A stretch of 63,625 bases of DNA, the filler included, from Aduncisulcus paluster (taxonomy: Eukaryota): the NCBI GenBank assembly GCA_024181965.1. It is 7 parts of 7 records of this genome, joined end to end, with 100 filler letters (N's around TTAATTAATTAA, not from the genome) between each part and the next. Parts side by side here need not be neighbours in the genome. Positions count along the whole stretch, not along the records: positions 31,240 to 49,398 come from BQXS01012614.1; positions 49,499 to 59,965 come from BQXS01012616.1; 5 more parts are not named here. One strand, given 5' to 3'. Under the pieces are notes generated by a model. The model ran no database searches. It had not been told where the DNA came from and was given only the letters and a program-made list of their open reading frames with translations. A program made the position numbers and the translations under genes. Below are positions 45,462 through 56,589 of this stretch, piece after piece; within the stretch, counting starts at the first letter, position 1; each line of letters begins with the position of its first letter.

Positions 45462-45801
45462 GCACGCAATACAATGAACATATCAGTGTGAGAAGTCAAA
45501 CAAATTCAATCAAGTTCAAACGAAATAAAAAATGGCAAGAAGAGAGCTGAATACACATTGAAAGAGAAGGAAGGGAAAAGATAGCTTATCATATCTTTTC
45601 AGAGTCTGAAAGGTTGTTCCTAAAATGAAACTTTTGTTTGTAGAAATAACGTAAAAGAATAGAACAGAATAATAATAATATATAATCAATATTTCTTCGA
45701 GAAGCTAAATAGAAATATAAGATTAGATTTTTTGTATGTTTGTAGTTTTTTGAAATCGAACATAAATATAAATATAAGTTGCAATTGCAATAATTATCGC
45801 A

Positions 45802-45804
<3 letters not shown>

Positions 45805-45841
<37 letters not shown>
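45805..45841. repeat. (TAA)12 microsatellite
   Basis: Read directly. Confidence 0.9.
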
Positions 45842-45842
<1 letters not shown>

Positions 45843-46223
45843 TAGAAAATAGATAGTATATTCACGAATATATAAAGGAGAGAGCAATTTTTTTATAATT
45901 AAGAATAATAATAATAAACTTGAGAGAGTCTTAGGATTTAAGACTCAATAATGAATTGTTGATATTAAAAAATATTATAAATAAAAATAATAGTTATTTC
46001 TTTTGTTTTTTTCATTAGAAAATTATCAGAAATAAAGGAGACTTAGAGAGATAAAAAAAAAGAGGAATCAGAAGTTTTTTGTCGATTTTTTTTTCTCAAT
46101 ATATAAAAATAGAATAATAATATAAGGAGATTTTTTTTTTTTTAAAACCTTTTTGGGGAGAATTCGAATAATTTTTTCGTTGTTTTTTGTATAATATCAG
46201 AAGATAGAAACCTTTTGAATGAA

Positions 46224-46258
<35 letters not shown>

Positions 46259-46420
46259 CATTGAAAAATAATAAAGAATCACTGTTTTTGAGTTCGACAA
46301 ATAAGAACAATAATATAGTCTTAGAAAAACATAATATAAAAAAGTGGAGGTGAAAATATAGTATTTCACATCTCTTCACTTTTGGGCAGAGTTTCATCCA
46401 CTTAACTGGTTTCATTGGTT

Positions 46421-49398
46421 TTAACGGGGAGGTGTTGAAGAGGGATGTACACCCTTCCTGGACAAGAGATCACGTACATAGGAAAAGAGATGAAGCTGTT
46501 CATCGCCAGGAAGAAGAGATACTGCCTCGAACACAGAGGAGGAAGAGGAAGAATGATGGGGGGGAAGGTACGTCTCTTCTCTTTCCATAGAGTGTCCACG
46601 TGACATTGAACCACCTTGAGAGTGAGCATGTAAAGGCATCTGATTAGTTTTGAGAGTAGATGACATCTGCACGGGACCTGTTTGTTGTGCCATAATTTGA
46701 GCTGAGACTGTCACCCCTGGTGAAGATACCATAGGAATATGTGAACCATAATGATGATGGATCGAAGCACTTCCGCCGTGTTCAGGTAATGAGGAAGAAG
46801 TAGAAGATCTCCTTCCACTACTTCTACAACCATTATCAATGCTATTCACACAAGTACCCATGGATGTGGAGGTACCATCTACGTGATACGAAGACATTGG
46901 TGGGTGTGGGTGCATATTTGATGAGGGAACAGAAGAACGGTCGTAACCAGACATTAGATACTGAGATCCAGGGTAAGGCATCATTCCTCCAACAGAACCA
47001 TGATATTCACTCAAATTCAAAGGGGGTTGAACATGATGCATATGTGTTGACATCATCGGTGGATGAACTTGAGGCTCTGAGGAAGCTGAGGAAGAGGAAG
47101 AGCAGGAAGAAGGGGGAACTCGAGGATTGTGATGATGATAGAGCATGGATGAATCATGGACCAGAAGAGGATGAGAGAAGTAAGGGGCTGAAGGTCCCAT
47201 GGTATAGGAAGTAGTAATAGGAGCACTGAGAGGTTGTTGTCCACAGCTTGAAGATCTACTGTAGGTCTGAACTGGAGCACCAGGACACCCAGTTGTACGA
47301 TTAGATGTAGCCACACCTCTATATGGGTCACTCAGGAACAGAGAGCCACGTGATGAGGTTGTGGAGGAAGAGGTGGAGAGAGGGGCAGATTGGGGGAAGT
47401 GAAGAGGAGGAACATAAGTGTAGGGATAACCGGATGAGTACTCTCCAATGCTACCTAGACCACTCATTCCACTCATTGCAGTGCCACTACTACCAACTGT
47501 TCCAACTGTGCCAACTGTTCCAACTGTTCCAGCCGTTCCAACCGTCCCAGCCGTTCCAACTGTGCCAGTAGAGTTTCTACCACTCATATCTGAACTATAT
47601 TGGGGTACAGAAGTGTTCACACTCACAGTGCCTGCGCTATATTGTGGGAAAGCAAGAGGAATGGAAGAAGTTGTTGTTCGGGGACAGTATAATGGAACAT
47701 GATCTGAGGAACAGGAAGAAGAGGAAGAGGAACAGGAAGAAGAGGAAGAAGAAGAAGAAGAAGAGGAGGAATATGTGGTGGNNNNNNNNNNNNNNNNNNN
47801 NCTACCTAGACCACTCATTCCACTCATTGCAGTGCCACTACTACCAACTGTTCCAACTGTGCCAACTGTTCCAACTGTTCCAGCCGTTCCAACCGTCCCA
47901 GCCGTTCCAACTGTGCCAGTAGAGTTTCTACCACTCATATCTGAACTATATTGGGGTACAGAAGTGTTCACACTCACAGTGCCTGCGCTATATTGTGGGA
48001 ACGCAAGAGGAATGGAAGAAGTTGTTGTTCGGGGACAGTATAATGGAACATGATCTGAGGAACAGGAAGAAGAGGAAGAGGAACAGGAAGAAGAGGAAGA
48101 AGAAGAAGAAGAGGAGGAATATGTGGTGGTGATAGAGGAGACATGCTGAGGTGGTTTGTACTGATGTTGGTGATTATGAGACTGATGTAGAATATCTGTC
48201 TCAGACTCAATGGCATCTTGATATTCAGCAGAAAGATCTTGACGATCACCAGAAAGATCTTGACGATCGACAATTGATCCTTGACTATTGCCAACACAGA
48301 TACTGGCACTGGCACCTACACTGGCACTGGCACTGGCACTATAACCGGAATATGACGTTGAATGTTCTTGACATGGCTGAGGAGTACTCGACAGAGCTCT
48401 ATCGTTGTTTCCACTCCCAGATGTTCCTACTCCGACGCTCGCTTGTTTATCCTTAGTAGTCTTCTTATTGGAGGTTAGTTGGGAAGAGGAAGGAAGAATA
48501 GGATATGAAGGAAATGAGTGTATATCTCTGACATTTGTTCTTCTCAAGGCAGAAGAAGAAGCAGAAGCAGAAGCAGAAGAGGAAGTGGAAGCAGAGGAGG
48601 AAGAGGTGGAAGTTGTTGACATTGAGTATACTGGAAGGGAATAAGAAGTTATTTTGCCCACACTACCTTCAATAGAATCATCCATGGATCTTGACAGTGT
48701 ATTGTTATTCCCACTTCTTCCATGGGACTGGCATAATAAGGCATCACCAATAGAAACAGAAGATACTGCCCTCTCAGTGTTCTTTGAACATAAACCTTTG
48801 TCAAGACATCCACGGGAAGGATCAGACAAGGAGGAAACACTACTACTGCTCTGGATGCATGGAGGGAAAGAGCGAGATGATAAATGGATGCGGGAAGGCA
48901 ACGAATGGGACTGTGACAGAGGCAGGGAGTGCTCTTCACGGGGAGCAGTACGTACGTTGTGAGATGGGGCTGAATGAGGTTGAAGGTCTGCAGTCAAAGG
49001 GGTGGAAGAGGAAGAGGAAGAGGAAGAGGAGGAAGAGGAAGAGGAAGAGGAGGAAGAGGAAGATCTCGAAGTACTGGAAGAAGAACCATGAGGGAGTTCA
49101 CTGTAACGGTAGTAGGGCAACGAGGCCTTTGGGAGGAAGTGCATCTGAGTCTGAGTATTGGAATTGGGCTGAATAAGAACGTCACTTGGATTAGTGGCTA
49201 CAGAAGAGAAATGATGGCCATCAGATTGTGATGAGTTGCCCTGCCTTTCTGTGAATGAAGATGAAGGGAGAAGAGGGTAATGAGAGTGTTTTGAAACTGA
49301 ATGAGAAGAAGAAAAACTCATTCCCGTTTGTGTTCCCATCAATGAAGGCGGTGAATAGTGCGCTGAAGGTGGATGAATAGGAGTAGTGCGACTGATGG
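46421..49398 (-). CDS. 5'-truncated Ser/His/Pro-rich disordered protein
   Basis: The frame is open from the contig end. It has poly-Ser tracts and (GTV/GTA)n. About 330 nt is duplicated across the gap at 47782-47801. No domain recognised. Confidence 0.65.
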
Positions 49399-49498
49399 NN
49401 NNNNNNNNNNNNNNNNNNNNNNNNNNNNNNNNNNNNNNNNNNTTAATTAATTAANNNNNNNNNNNNNNNNNNNNNNNNNNNNNNNNNNNNNNNNNNNN
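49399..49498. other. Artificial contig linker
   Basis: N44-TTAATTAATTAA-N44. Confidence 0.97.
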
Positions 49499-49499
49499 G

Positions 49500-50315
49500 A
49501 TATGTTTTCTTGGATTGGGAAACACAATATTATTGGGAATTTTGTCAATGATTTTTGCAACTTTAGAAGCAATTTTTAAATTTATGATTGAATTATATTG
49601 GATCTCTATATTTATCTATTGTGGATTTGTATTGTATTGGTTCCCTTTCATCCTGTCCATTTCAGATCTATATCGGGGATGGATATGTTTTGGATGTTTG
49701 ATATCTGGTCTTCTCTTCATTATAGCATTATGTTTGCTCGTTTTCTCCATAACAGATTCTATACGCAGCTCTCATGACTTTCCTGATTTTCCTAATATTA
49801 AATTTGAAGTTGAAGCGATTGAAGTGGCGATTTCTTTCATCATTTGTGGGATATCCATTGGGCATGGTGTGTTTTATCATCCTATTTTCTATTGCTTTCC
49901 AATATTATTGGTATTCTTAAACATATTCTTTTCTATGGCTCCCTATTCGCTTACTTTCAGATATTCTGAGAACACCATTGTTGTCAAACGTATTACAAGA
50001 ACTCCAATTTTATTTTCCATTACTATCGTGTTCCCTTGCATTGTATTGTCTTTGACTGGATATTCAACACTTTCACTCCCGGCTCTTGTGATCGCACCCA
50101 TCTTTGTGGCCTTCTCGTTGATCAACCTCATAGGAAGCTTTAAGAAGCTAAGGATGGTGATCGTTGTAAATTTCGTGGTACTTTTGATCTTCTCGTTGAT
50201 TGTATATCTTGTACAACATTTCGTTTCTTCAATGGTATTGCTATGTTTCATCTTAATAGAGCTAGGATTATTCATTTCTGCAGTAGATAAATACACAACA
50301 ATATCGTTGAGTTGA
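49500..50315 (+). CDS. 5'-truncated orphan polytopic membrane protein
   Basis: At least 266 codons with about 8-9 hydrophobic segments. Loosely similar in style to 19219..20325 (RGWIxFG). Confidence 0.65.
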   Translation: MCFLGLGNTILLGILSMIFATLEAIFKFMIELYWISIFIYCGFVLYWFPFILSISDLYRGWICFGCLISGLLFIIALCLLVFSITDSIRSSHDFPDFPNIKFEVEAIEVAISFIICGISIGHGVFYHPIFYCFPILLVFLNIFFSMAPYSLTFRYSENTIVVKRITRTPILFSITIVFPCIVLSLTGYSTLSLPALVIAPIFVAFSLINLIGSFKKLRMVIVVNFVVLLIFSLIVYLVQHFVSSMVLLCFILIELGLFISAVDKYTTISLS

Positions 50316-51904
50316 TCGATTAAAGGTGAATGAGAAAGATGAATTCTAAAAATAGAAATTCTAAAAATAGAATTTGCTCATATATTGATCCTTATACTGA
50401 TGATTTTGGCGATTTTATGAAATCTTTAACTCCTTATTAGGTTCTCTTGCCCATAATAAACCTTTATTATGTCATTATCCAGGCTTTTCAGATATCATTC
50501 ACTGCGGAGCATCACAGTCTTGGGAAGGGGTCTATCTTAAGATGGGTTGGATTACAATGACAAAAGGAGGAGGTTTCTTAAATTTCGAATCTGCATGTGT
50601 TCATGGGAACTACATTTCACCGAATCATCGACATTCTCGGCAAGATATTCTGCTCAGACATTTACTTTTATCATGATTTATGAATAAGCGATGGAATCGA
50701 CCTCCATGGCAGGGAATGCCTATCAGAGAAGAAATTCTTCCCTATATCACAGTTATAACTCATTGTCCATGCCACATCTAGCATTATCATCACAGAAAGA
50801 GCAAGCAGGATGTGAGGAAAAACAAAAGAAACATCCCCAATAGAAAAGTGAAATCTAAATTGGTGATAAGAATGGCAAAAAATGGACCGAAAACAAGCAA
50901 ATAAAGGTATAATATCGAATATATCGACAAAAGAATTTCTGGTATATCTAAAAATAGAATATCTAAAAATAGATATCATAATTTGTATTGCCCCCCGATT
51001 TCAATATTTTCGATGTTTCTATCTCAGAAGGTCTATATATTGGCGGAAATTACATGTTTTGTTTTTCATATTATTGATTGTCTCGTTTGAGATATGAAGG
51101 GAAATTGAAGAGGAAGAGGATGGAATAAAAGAGAATATCAGGTTTGATTCCTCGCCTAAATTTTGTAATAACGAGTTATAATCCATAGAATAGTTGTCCC
51201 TTTTTTGGATGTATTATCATTATCAATAAATCCCCTTCCATAACTCAACAGAATCAACAGATCTGATATATATACAAGAAATATCGGTACTTTCGGTGAT
51301 TATATCAAGATATCAAGATATATAATTTTAAGAAAATTGCAAAAACATCCTTGAACCTCAGTTGAGAGAAGATTGGTCGTGTTCAATCAGAAGGCATCAT
51401 ATTGTTTCAGAAAACACATATTAGAACCTGTTGCCACCACTTCTGGTCTCGAAAATGGGGATATTTCCTTAATATCATACAACTTTCGAGAAGAATCGAC
51501 ACCTAAATATCGATGAAAACATGTCGTTGTGCAGAAAACAACGACTTTTATGAAAATGGGTTCAACAATGGTTGTTGCAAATAATATTAAAATATTTAGA
51601 ATTTACAACACATTTTATCCACATATCCAATTATTATTCCCCGCAACATAGATATCGAAAAAGACTTCTTGAAAGTTTCATCGTTTGGCTACAATTGATA
51701 TACCATTCGGAGTCATTTTTGTTATTCCAAGTATGTCTTGCATTATTAATACAATATACTCCATTTATCCCCGTAATTATACCTTCTTATGTTTTTGCCT
51801 CAACAATCCATATTTATCCTCTCTTTTCAGAAGGAATCTTATCACTTTTCACTCCTTATCAATATCAAATCACAGTATAATCCCATAATTTTGTATTTTT
51901 CTCA

Positions 51905-54900
51905 ATGGAAAAAGATAGATCTGTATCGTCCACAAGTATCTCTTCTGAAGGCGATTCTTGCTCCTCCCCAAAAGGAAAAAAATCCGTTCACAAACGTAAA
52001 AAAGATGATTCCAAGACATTGACCTCCGCATCTGCCCTCCGATCTCTCTGTCGCTTGGGAAAAGGTGGTTTTGGAGAAGTCAACATTGTGAGCATTGAGG
52101 GAATTGCTGGCATCTATATTCTGAAGAAAATGCTCCGAGCTTGTGACAAGGGTGTTGTCAAAGCATGTCGTAAGGAATTTAAGACTCAGGTGAAGTTGTT
52201 CATGAATCCCAAATGTTTCAACCGTATTCCTCGTCCAATGTACATTCTTGACCTTCTCGATGAGAATTACCAAGGAGTCTACGGATTTTGTATGGAATAT
52301 TGTCGAGGCGGCAGTGTTAAGGACTTTGCAAAACGTTGGTGTATTGGTGGGAAGTATGGCAGTTGTTCTGATCCAGATGCTTTGGGAGTTTCATCCGTCA
52401 AGCTTGATGATGAGTCCTCTGAAGACTCAAGCTCCGACTCAAGTTCTGACTCAAGTTCTGATTCAAGCTCCGACTCAAGCTCTGAGATGTCGGTTGAAAT
52501 TGATTCCATGACATTAGACCCTCTGCGAGTTGCTTCTTTGTGTGTTGGAATGATTGAGTGTCTCTCAGATGTGTTCATAGCAAAGCCCAAACTTGTCCAT
52601 CGAGATATTAAGCCCGACAATTTCCTTATTCGTGCTGATGACAAAAGTGGAGAATGTAATGTTGTTCTTGCTGATCTTGGTCTCGCTCAGATTAAAGACA
52701 CGATCTCTTCATCCGTGTCGTCCCAGAGTTTTGAACGTTCATCGGCCCATATTAAAGCAAGTGAAACAAATCCAAAGGCAGCCCCCGATCGATCCATTTG
52801 TGGAACTCTCGTCTATAACTCATTTGAGGCCCTGAGACATGGACAACATAGTCAAGAGAGTGATGCGCATTCTCTCGGTATGTCCATTCTCGCATTGTTC
52901 TCATGTCACGATCCTTTCCTCAACATGACTATCATGCGAGGTGTTTATGATCCCGTTTTAATAGCCACAAAGCTAATTTCCCTCATGGAACAGAAACTGA
53001 CCCCCAAAATCTCCACTGCCCCTCTGTTCAGATCCCTCAAGACGATAGAAGGTGGCAAGTTCAAGCCTGTCCATGAATGTCTGAATGAAGTGTTCCAAGG
53101 TTTGACTCAAGTGGATGTTGAAGATCGTATGAAAGTGCACTCTGCTCGTGAGAAAGTTCAGTCGATTAAGCATCTCCTCCCAAAGATTGGAGAAGGGTGG
53201 AAATGTCCCTCCATCGATGATATTGTGGAAACACAACTTGAAAAGCATGGAGGTGATCCTGGGAGTGTGTTTGAAGGGAACCAAGGTGCAGAGGAGGATA
53301 AACTTGATTCTCTTCAGAGTGTCAAACAGCTTCGTAAAGGTTGGGACGACAGTGTGATGGGTCATGTTATCTTGCCATCAGAAGAAAAACAAATCATTCC
53401 ATCTTCATCCTCCTCCAAATCTCAGATTCGATCAGTTGTTGATGCTTCTGATCTTGAAGTTTTGATCAAAACCATCAAGAAAAGTCCAGATTCAGATTCA
53501 ACATCCGAAATATATCGTGAACATCGTGAATCCATTCTCTCTGTCTTTCTTGCATCACAATCAAAGAGAGAAATCAAGGCACATAAAAGAGAGATAATTC
53601 TGTCATGTCAGTGTTTAAGATGGTTAACTAGACACGACATATCTGAAAATAAGATATTTCTCCCTATTCTCGAGCTAAACAATCTTATAAACACTTTTAT
53701 TGATCATCTTTCCAGAGTTGAGAAAGTGTTGGAAGATGTTGATGAAGAATATTGTTGTATTTGCGCCACTTTTGCTTACAAAGGAAATGAATTTGATTCC
53801 TTTCTCCCCAAGATCCTCCCAACTTTCCAAAGTATTCTTGATAGAGGAAGCAGAAGGAAGTTGGAAGGAGAGGCCCCAATGGCTTTATTAACTACCCTCA
53901 GTTATGGTGTCGTTTGTTTTCCCTCTCAATCATCCATTCTCACCCTCATCAAACCATATATCAAAGATTGGATTGGAATATACACAGATATCGAAATATA
54001 TAATCTTTGGTTTGGGATATTGAGCCATCTCACAATCACTCCAGATGGATCTCCAAACAAATTAACATGTTCTGAATTATGGCCATTTTTTCACCCTATT
54101 TTTGATATTGTGAAGAAGATTGATGGGAATTCTGGTGATTATTGTTTTATTGTCTTCTTCTCTAACTTGTGTTGTGATCCCTTACATGGTATTGAGATAT
54201 ATGAAAACAGCAAAGATTTTCTTGATGGGTGGTTTGAAGCTATCAAGAAGGAGAAAAATGAGTTGGGAATCCTATTTTGGTCCAAAATTTTATCAGATTT
54301 TTCCACCATTCCATCTCTTATTCCTCACATATCTCCTAAATATGATAATGCCATGATATGGTGTAATACCAATGGAGCTGTGAGAGAAACTCTTTCTAAA
54401 TATTTCACTAATTGTCAACCTCACCTGAAGAAATGGAATGATTTGATTGATACCATCGAAGACTGTCAAGACCCAGAGTCAACTTCAAAATTATTCCAAG
54501 AACATGTAGAATCCATTCTCTCTATATTCATTGCATGCCAATCGAGAAGTGAAATTGAAGAACACAAAAAGGAGATTGTTCTGTGTTGTCAATGTTTAAG
54601 ATGGTATGTTTGTCATGATATTTCTGGAACTGATATCTATCTCCCTATTCCTGATCTGAATGATCTCATCGACACTTTCATTGATCATCTATCAAGAGTT
54701 GAGAGTGTATTGGAAGGATCAGTTGATGAAGAGTATTGTAGTATTTGTATTGATTATTCTTGCAATATTGATGAACCTGAAGTTCAAGATAAATGGGATC
54801 CAGATAAATGTGATTCCTTCCTCTCCAAGATATCTCCCACTTTCCACCGCATTCTTGAAAGAGGAAGCAAGGAAAAGCTGGAAGGGAATGTTCCAAAGTG

Positions 54901-55528
54901 GCTATTAATGACCCTCAGAAATATCTCCTGTTTCAAATCTTCCTCCACTCGATCATCCATCTTCACCCTCATCAAGCCATATGCCATAGATTGGATGAGA
55001 ATATATGGAGATATAAAGTATTATGAAGAGTGGATGATGATATTACGAAATCTTACTCTGTTACCAGATAATTATTCTCCAAACAAATCAATCTGTTCCG
55101 AATCATGGCCATTATTTCATCCTATTCTTGATGTTGTGAAGAGAGAGTATTCTGGAGATAAGATTGTTGAAGATCAATATTACCTTATTTTAAATTTCTT
55201 CTCAAACCTATGTTCTAATCCTTCCCATGTTCATGAAATATATGACAACATCAAGGATTTTCTCGATGGTTGGTTTGAAGTGATTAAGAAGAAGAAATAT
55301 GATTGGAGAATCAAAAACTGGTCACAACTCATTTCAATGCTATCCACTGATCCATCTCTTGTTCCTCTCTTGTCTCCTAAATATGACACCCATATGGAGT
55401 GGTGTAAGGATAATGGAGGATGGGAGAGTTATTATTCAAAGTATGTTACAAACTGTGTGGAAGGAGAAACGAAAATGGTATCCTATCGCTCCGTACCTTC
55501 GAGCAACTGTTCTTGCATGATAATGTAA
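51905..55528 (+). CDS. Ser/Thr protein kinase + two ~330-aa helical repeat units + C-terminal CaaX box (1207 aa)
   Basis: Kinase motifs GKGGFGEV, ILKK, HRDIKPDN, LADLGLA and CGTLVYNSFE. Two homologous units at about 53450-54435 and 54436-55460. The protein ends NCSCMIM*. Confidence 0.92.
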   Translation: MEKDRSVSSTSISSEGDSCSSPKGKKSVHKRKKDDSKTLTSASALRSLCRLGKGGFGEVNIVSIEGIAGIYILKKMLRACDKGVVKACRKEFKTQVKLFMNPKCFNRIPRPMYILDLLDENYQGVYGFCMEYCRGGSVKDFAKRWCIGGKYGSCSDPDALGVSSVKLDDESSEDSSSDSSSDSSSDSSSDSSSEMSVEIDSMTLDPLRVASLCVGMIECLSDVFIAKPKLVHRDIKPDNFLIRADDKSGECNVVLADLGLAQIKDTISSSVSSQSFERSSAHIKASETNPKAAPDRSICGTLVYNSFEALRHGQHSQESDAHSLGMSILALFSCHDPFLNMTIMRGVYDPVLIATKLISLMEQKLTPKISTAPLFRSLKTIEGGKFKPVHECLNEVFQGLTQVDVEDRMKVHSAREKVQSIKHLLPKIGEGWKCPSIDDIVETQLEKHGGDPGSVFEGNQGAEEDKLDSLQSVKQLRKGWDDSVMGHVILPSEEKQIIPSSSSSKSQIRSVVDASDLEVLIKTIKKSPDSDSTSEIYREHRESILSVFLASQSKREIKAHKREIILSCQCLRWLTRHDISENKIFLPILELNNLINTFIDHLSRVEKVLEDVDEEYCCICATFAYKGNEFDSFLPKILPTFQSILDRGSRRKLEGEAPMALLTTLSYGVVCFPSQSSILTLIKPYIKDWIGIYTDIEIYNLWFGILSHLTITPDGSPNKLTCSELWPFFHPIFDIVKKIDGNSGDYCFIVFFSNLCCDPLHGIEIYENSKDFLDGWFEAIKKEKNELGILFWSKILSDFSTIPSLIPHISPKYDNAMIWCNTNGAVRETLSKYFTNCQPHLKKWNDLIDTIEDCQDPESTSKLFQEHVESILSIFIACQSRSEIEEHKKEIVLCCQCLRWYVCHDISGTDIYLPIPDLNDLIDTFIDHLSRVESVLEGSVDEEYCSICIDYSCNIDEPEVQDKWDPDKCDSFLSKISPTFHRILERGSKEKLEGNVPKWLLMTLRNISCFKSSSTRSSIFTLIKPYAIDWMRIYGDIKYYEEWMMILRNLTLLPDNYSPNKSICSESWPLFHPILDVVKREYSGDKIVEDQYYLILNFFSNLCSNPSHVHEIYDNIKDFLDGWFEVIKKKKYDWRIKNWSQLISMLSTDPSLVPLLSPKYDTHMEWCKDNGGWESYYSKYVTNCVEGETKMVSYRSVPSSNCSCMIM

Positions 55529-55962
55529 TTTGATAACACTTTTGTCATTGAATAATGTACTGAACTTGGGGGAATTCAAAGAAAGGATTTTCCTCATCTT
55601 GAGGATGACACCAGGATGGTTCTCTTTATTGTTGTGGTGGATCAGTGGTAAAGAAATATGCATTATTCGACCTCACCCAGTACTTGGGGGAATGAGAAAG
55701 CTGTGTGAACTATTAACTTTGTCTTTAACACCCTAGAAAGGGCAATACACGTTTTTTCATCAGCAAGATAGAAAGAAGAGAATGTCGTGTCATCACTTTC
55801 TATTTCATCACAGGCTAATTTTCTCAGCTCTACGGCAATTAACTCTTGTACAGTGAATTTCATCGACAATAGCATTGAATAAACAATTCCTATCGCTTTA
55901 TACAAGAATAAGATGCGACTATTATCGAGATAATGAGATGAAGTGATTCATTCGTCAAAGAT

Positions 55963-56589
55963 TCATTTCCTTCCTCTTCCTCTTCCTACTTTGCTATCCC
56001 ATCCCCCTAGTATTGGAACAGATAGATCTACATCACAGATATCTCCCTTATCATAACCATATTGTTTCAACTGACGCCTAACAATAACATCGATTGATGG
56101 GCATTTGACCCCCAATCCAAAATGAGGAAGAAAGTGTTTAATTTTTTGAACAGTTTCTCTAGCTTCCTGAACAGACATTCTCCTCTTGGGATCTAATTTA
56201 GTCAATCCTACAAAGACTTTAGCGAAACAATCAGCAATTTCCACACCTCCTTGAGGACTTTCCCTTAAATTCTCAAATATGGGACACATTGTAATATCGG
56301 GAAGTAAACCTTTTTTCATAGCACTCAGAAGTGCAGCGGTGAGTGAAATAGGATCATGATAATGTTGGATAAAAGGTACTATCGCTCACTATCGATCTAG
56401 GGATGCTATCACGATCACTGCGAAGTCCCTCATACAGTCCGTCCGCACTCAGATCAGAACTCACAGTCCGCGAGAAGGGGCGAATATCACGTTCCTGATG
56501 CATAATGGCAGAAGTAACAGATAATATGATTGTTTCAATCTTAAAGTAACTTTTAAACCTTTCTTCTAAAATAAAATGGTTTATAAGTT
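55963..56589 (-). pseudogene. Degenerate kinase C-lobe relic paralogous to the neighbouring kinase
   Basis: CFAKVFVGLTKLDPKRRMSVQEARETVQKIKHFLPHFGLGVKCPSIDVIVRRQL aligns with CLNEVFQGLTQVDVEDRMKVHSAREKVQSIKHLLPKIGEGWKCPSIDDIVETQL. The upstream fragment IMHQERDIRP looks like a decayed HRDIKP loop in a separate ORF. Confidence 0.7.

Noticed and set aside
50316..51900. Patchy coding-like fragments between the TM gene and the kinase
   Set aside because: Only short ORFs with no recognisable motif. They may be decayed genes but cannot be supported by eye.
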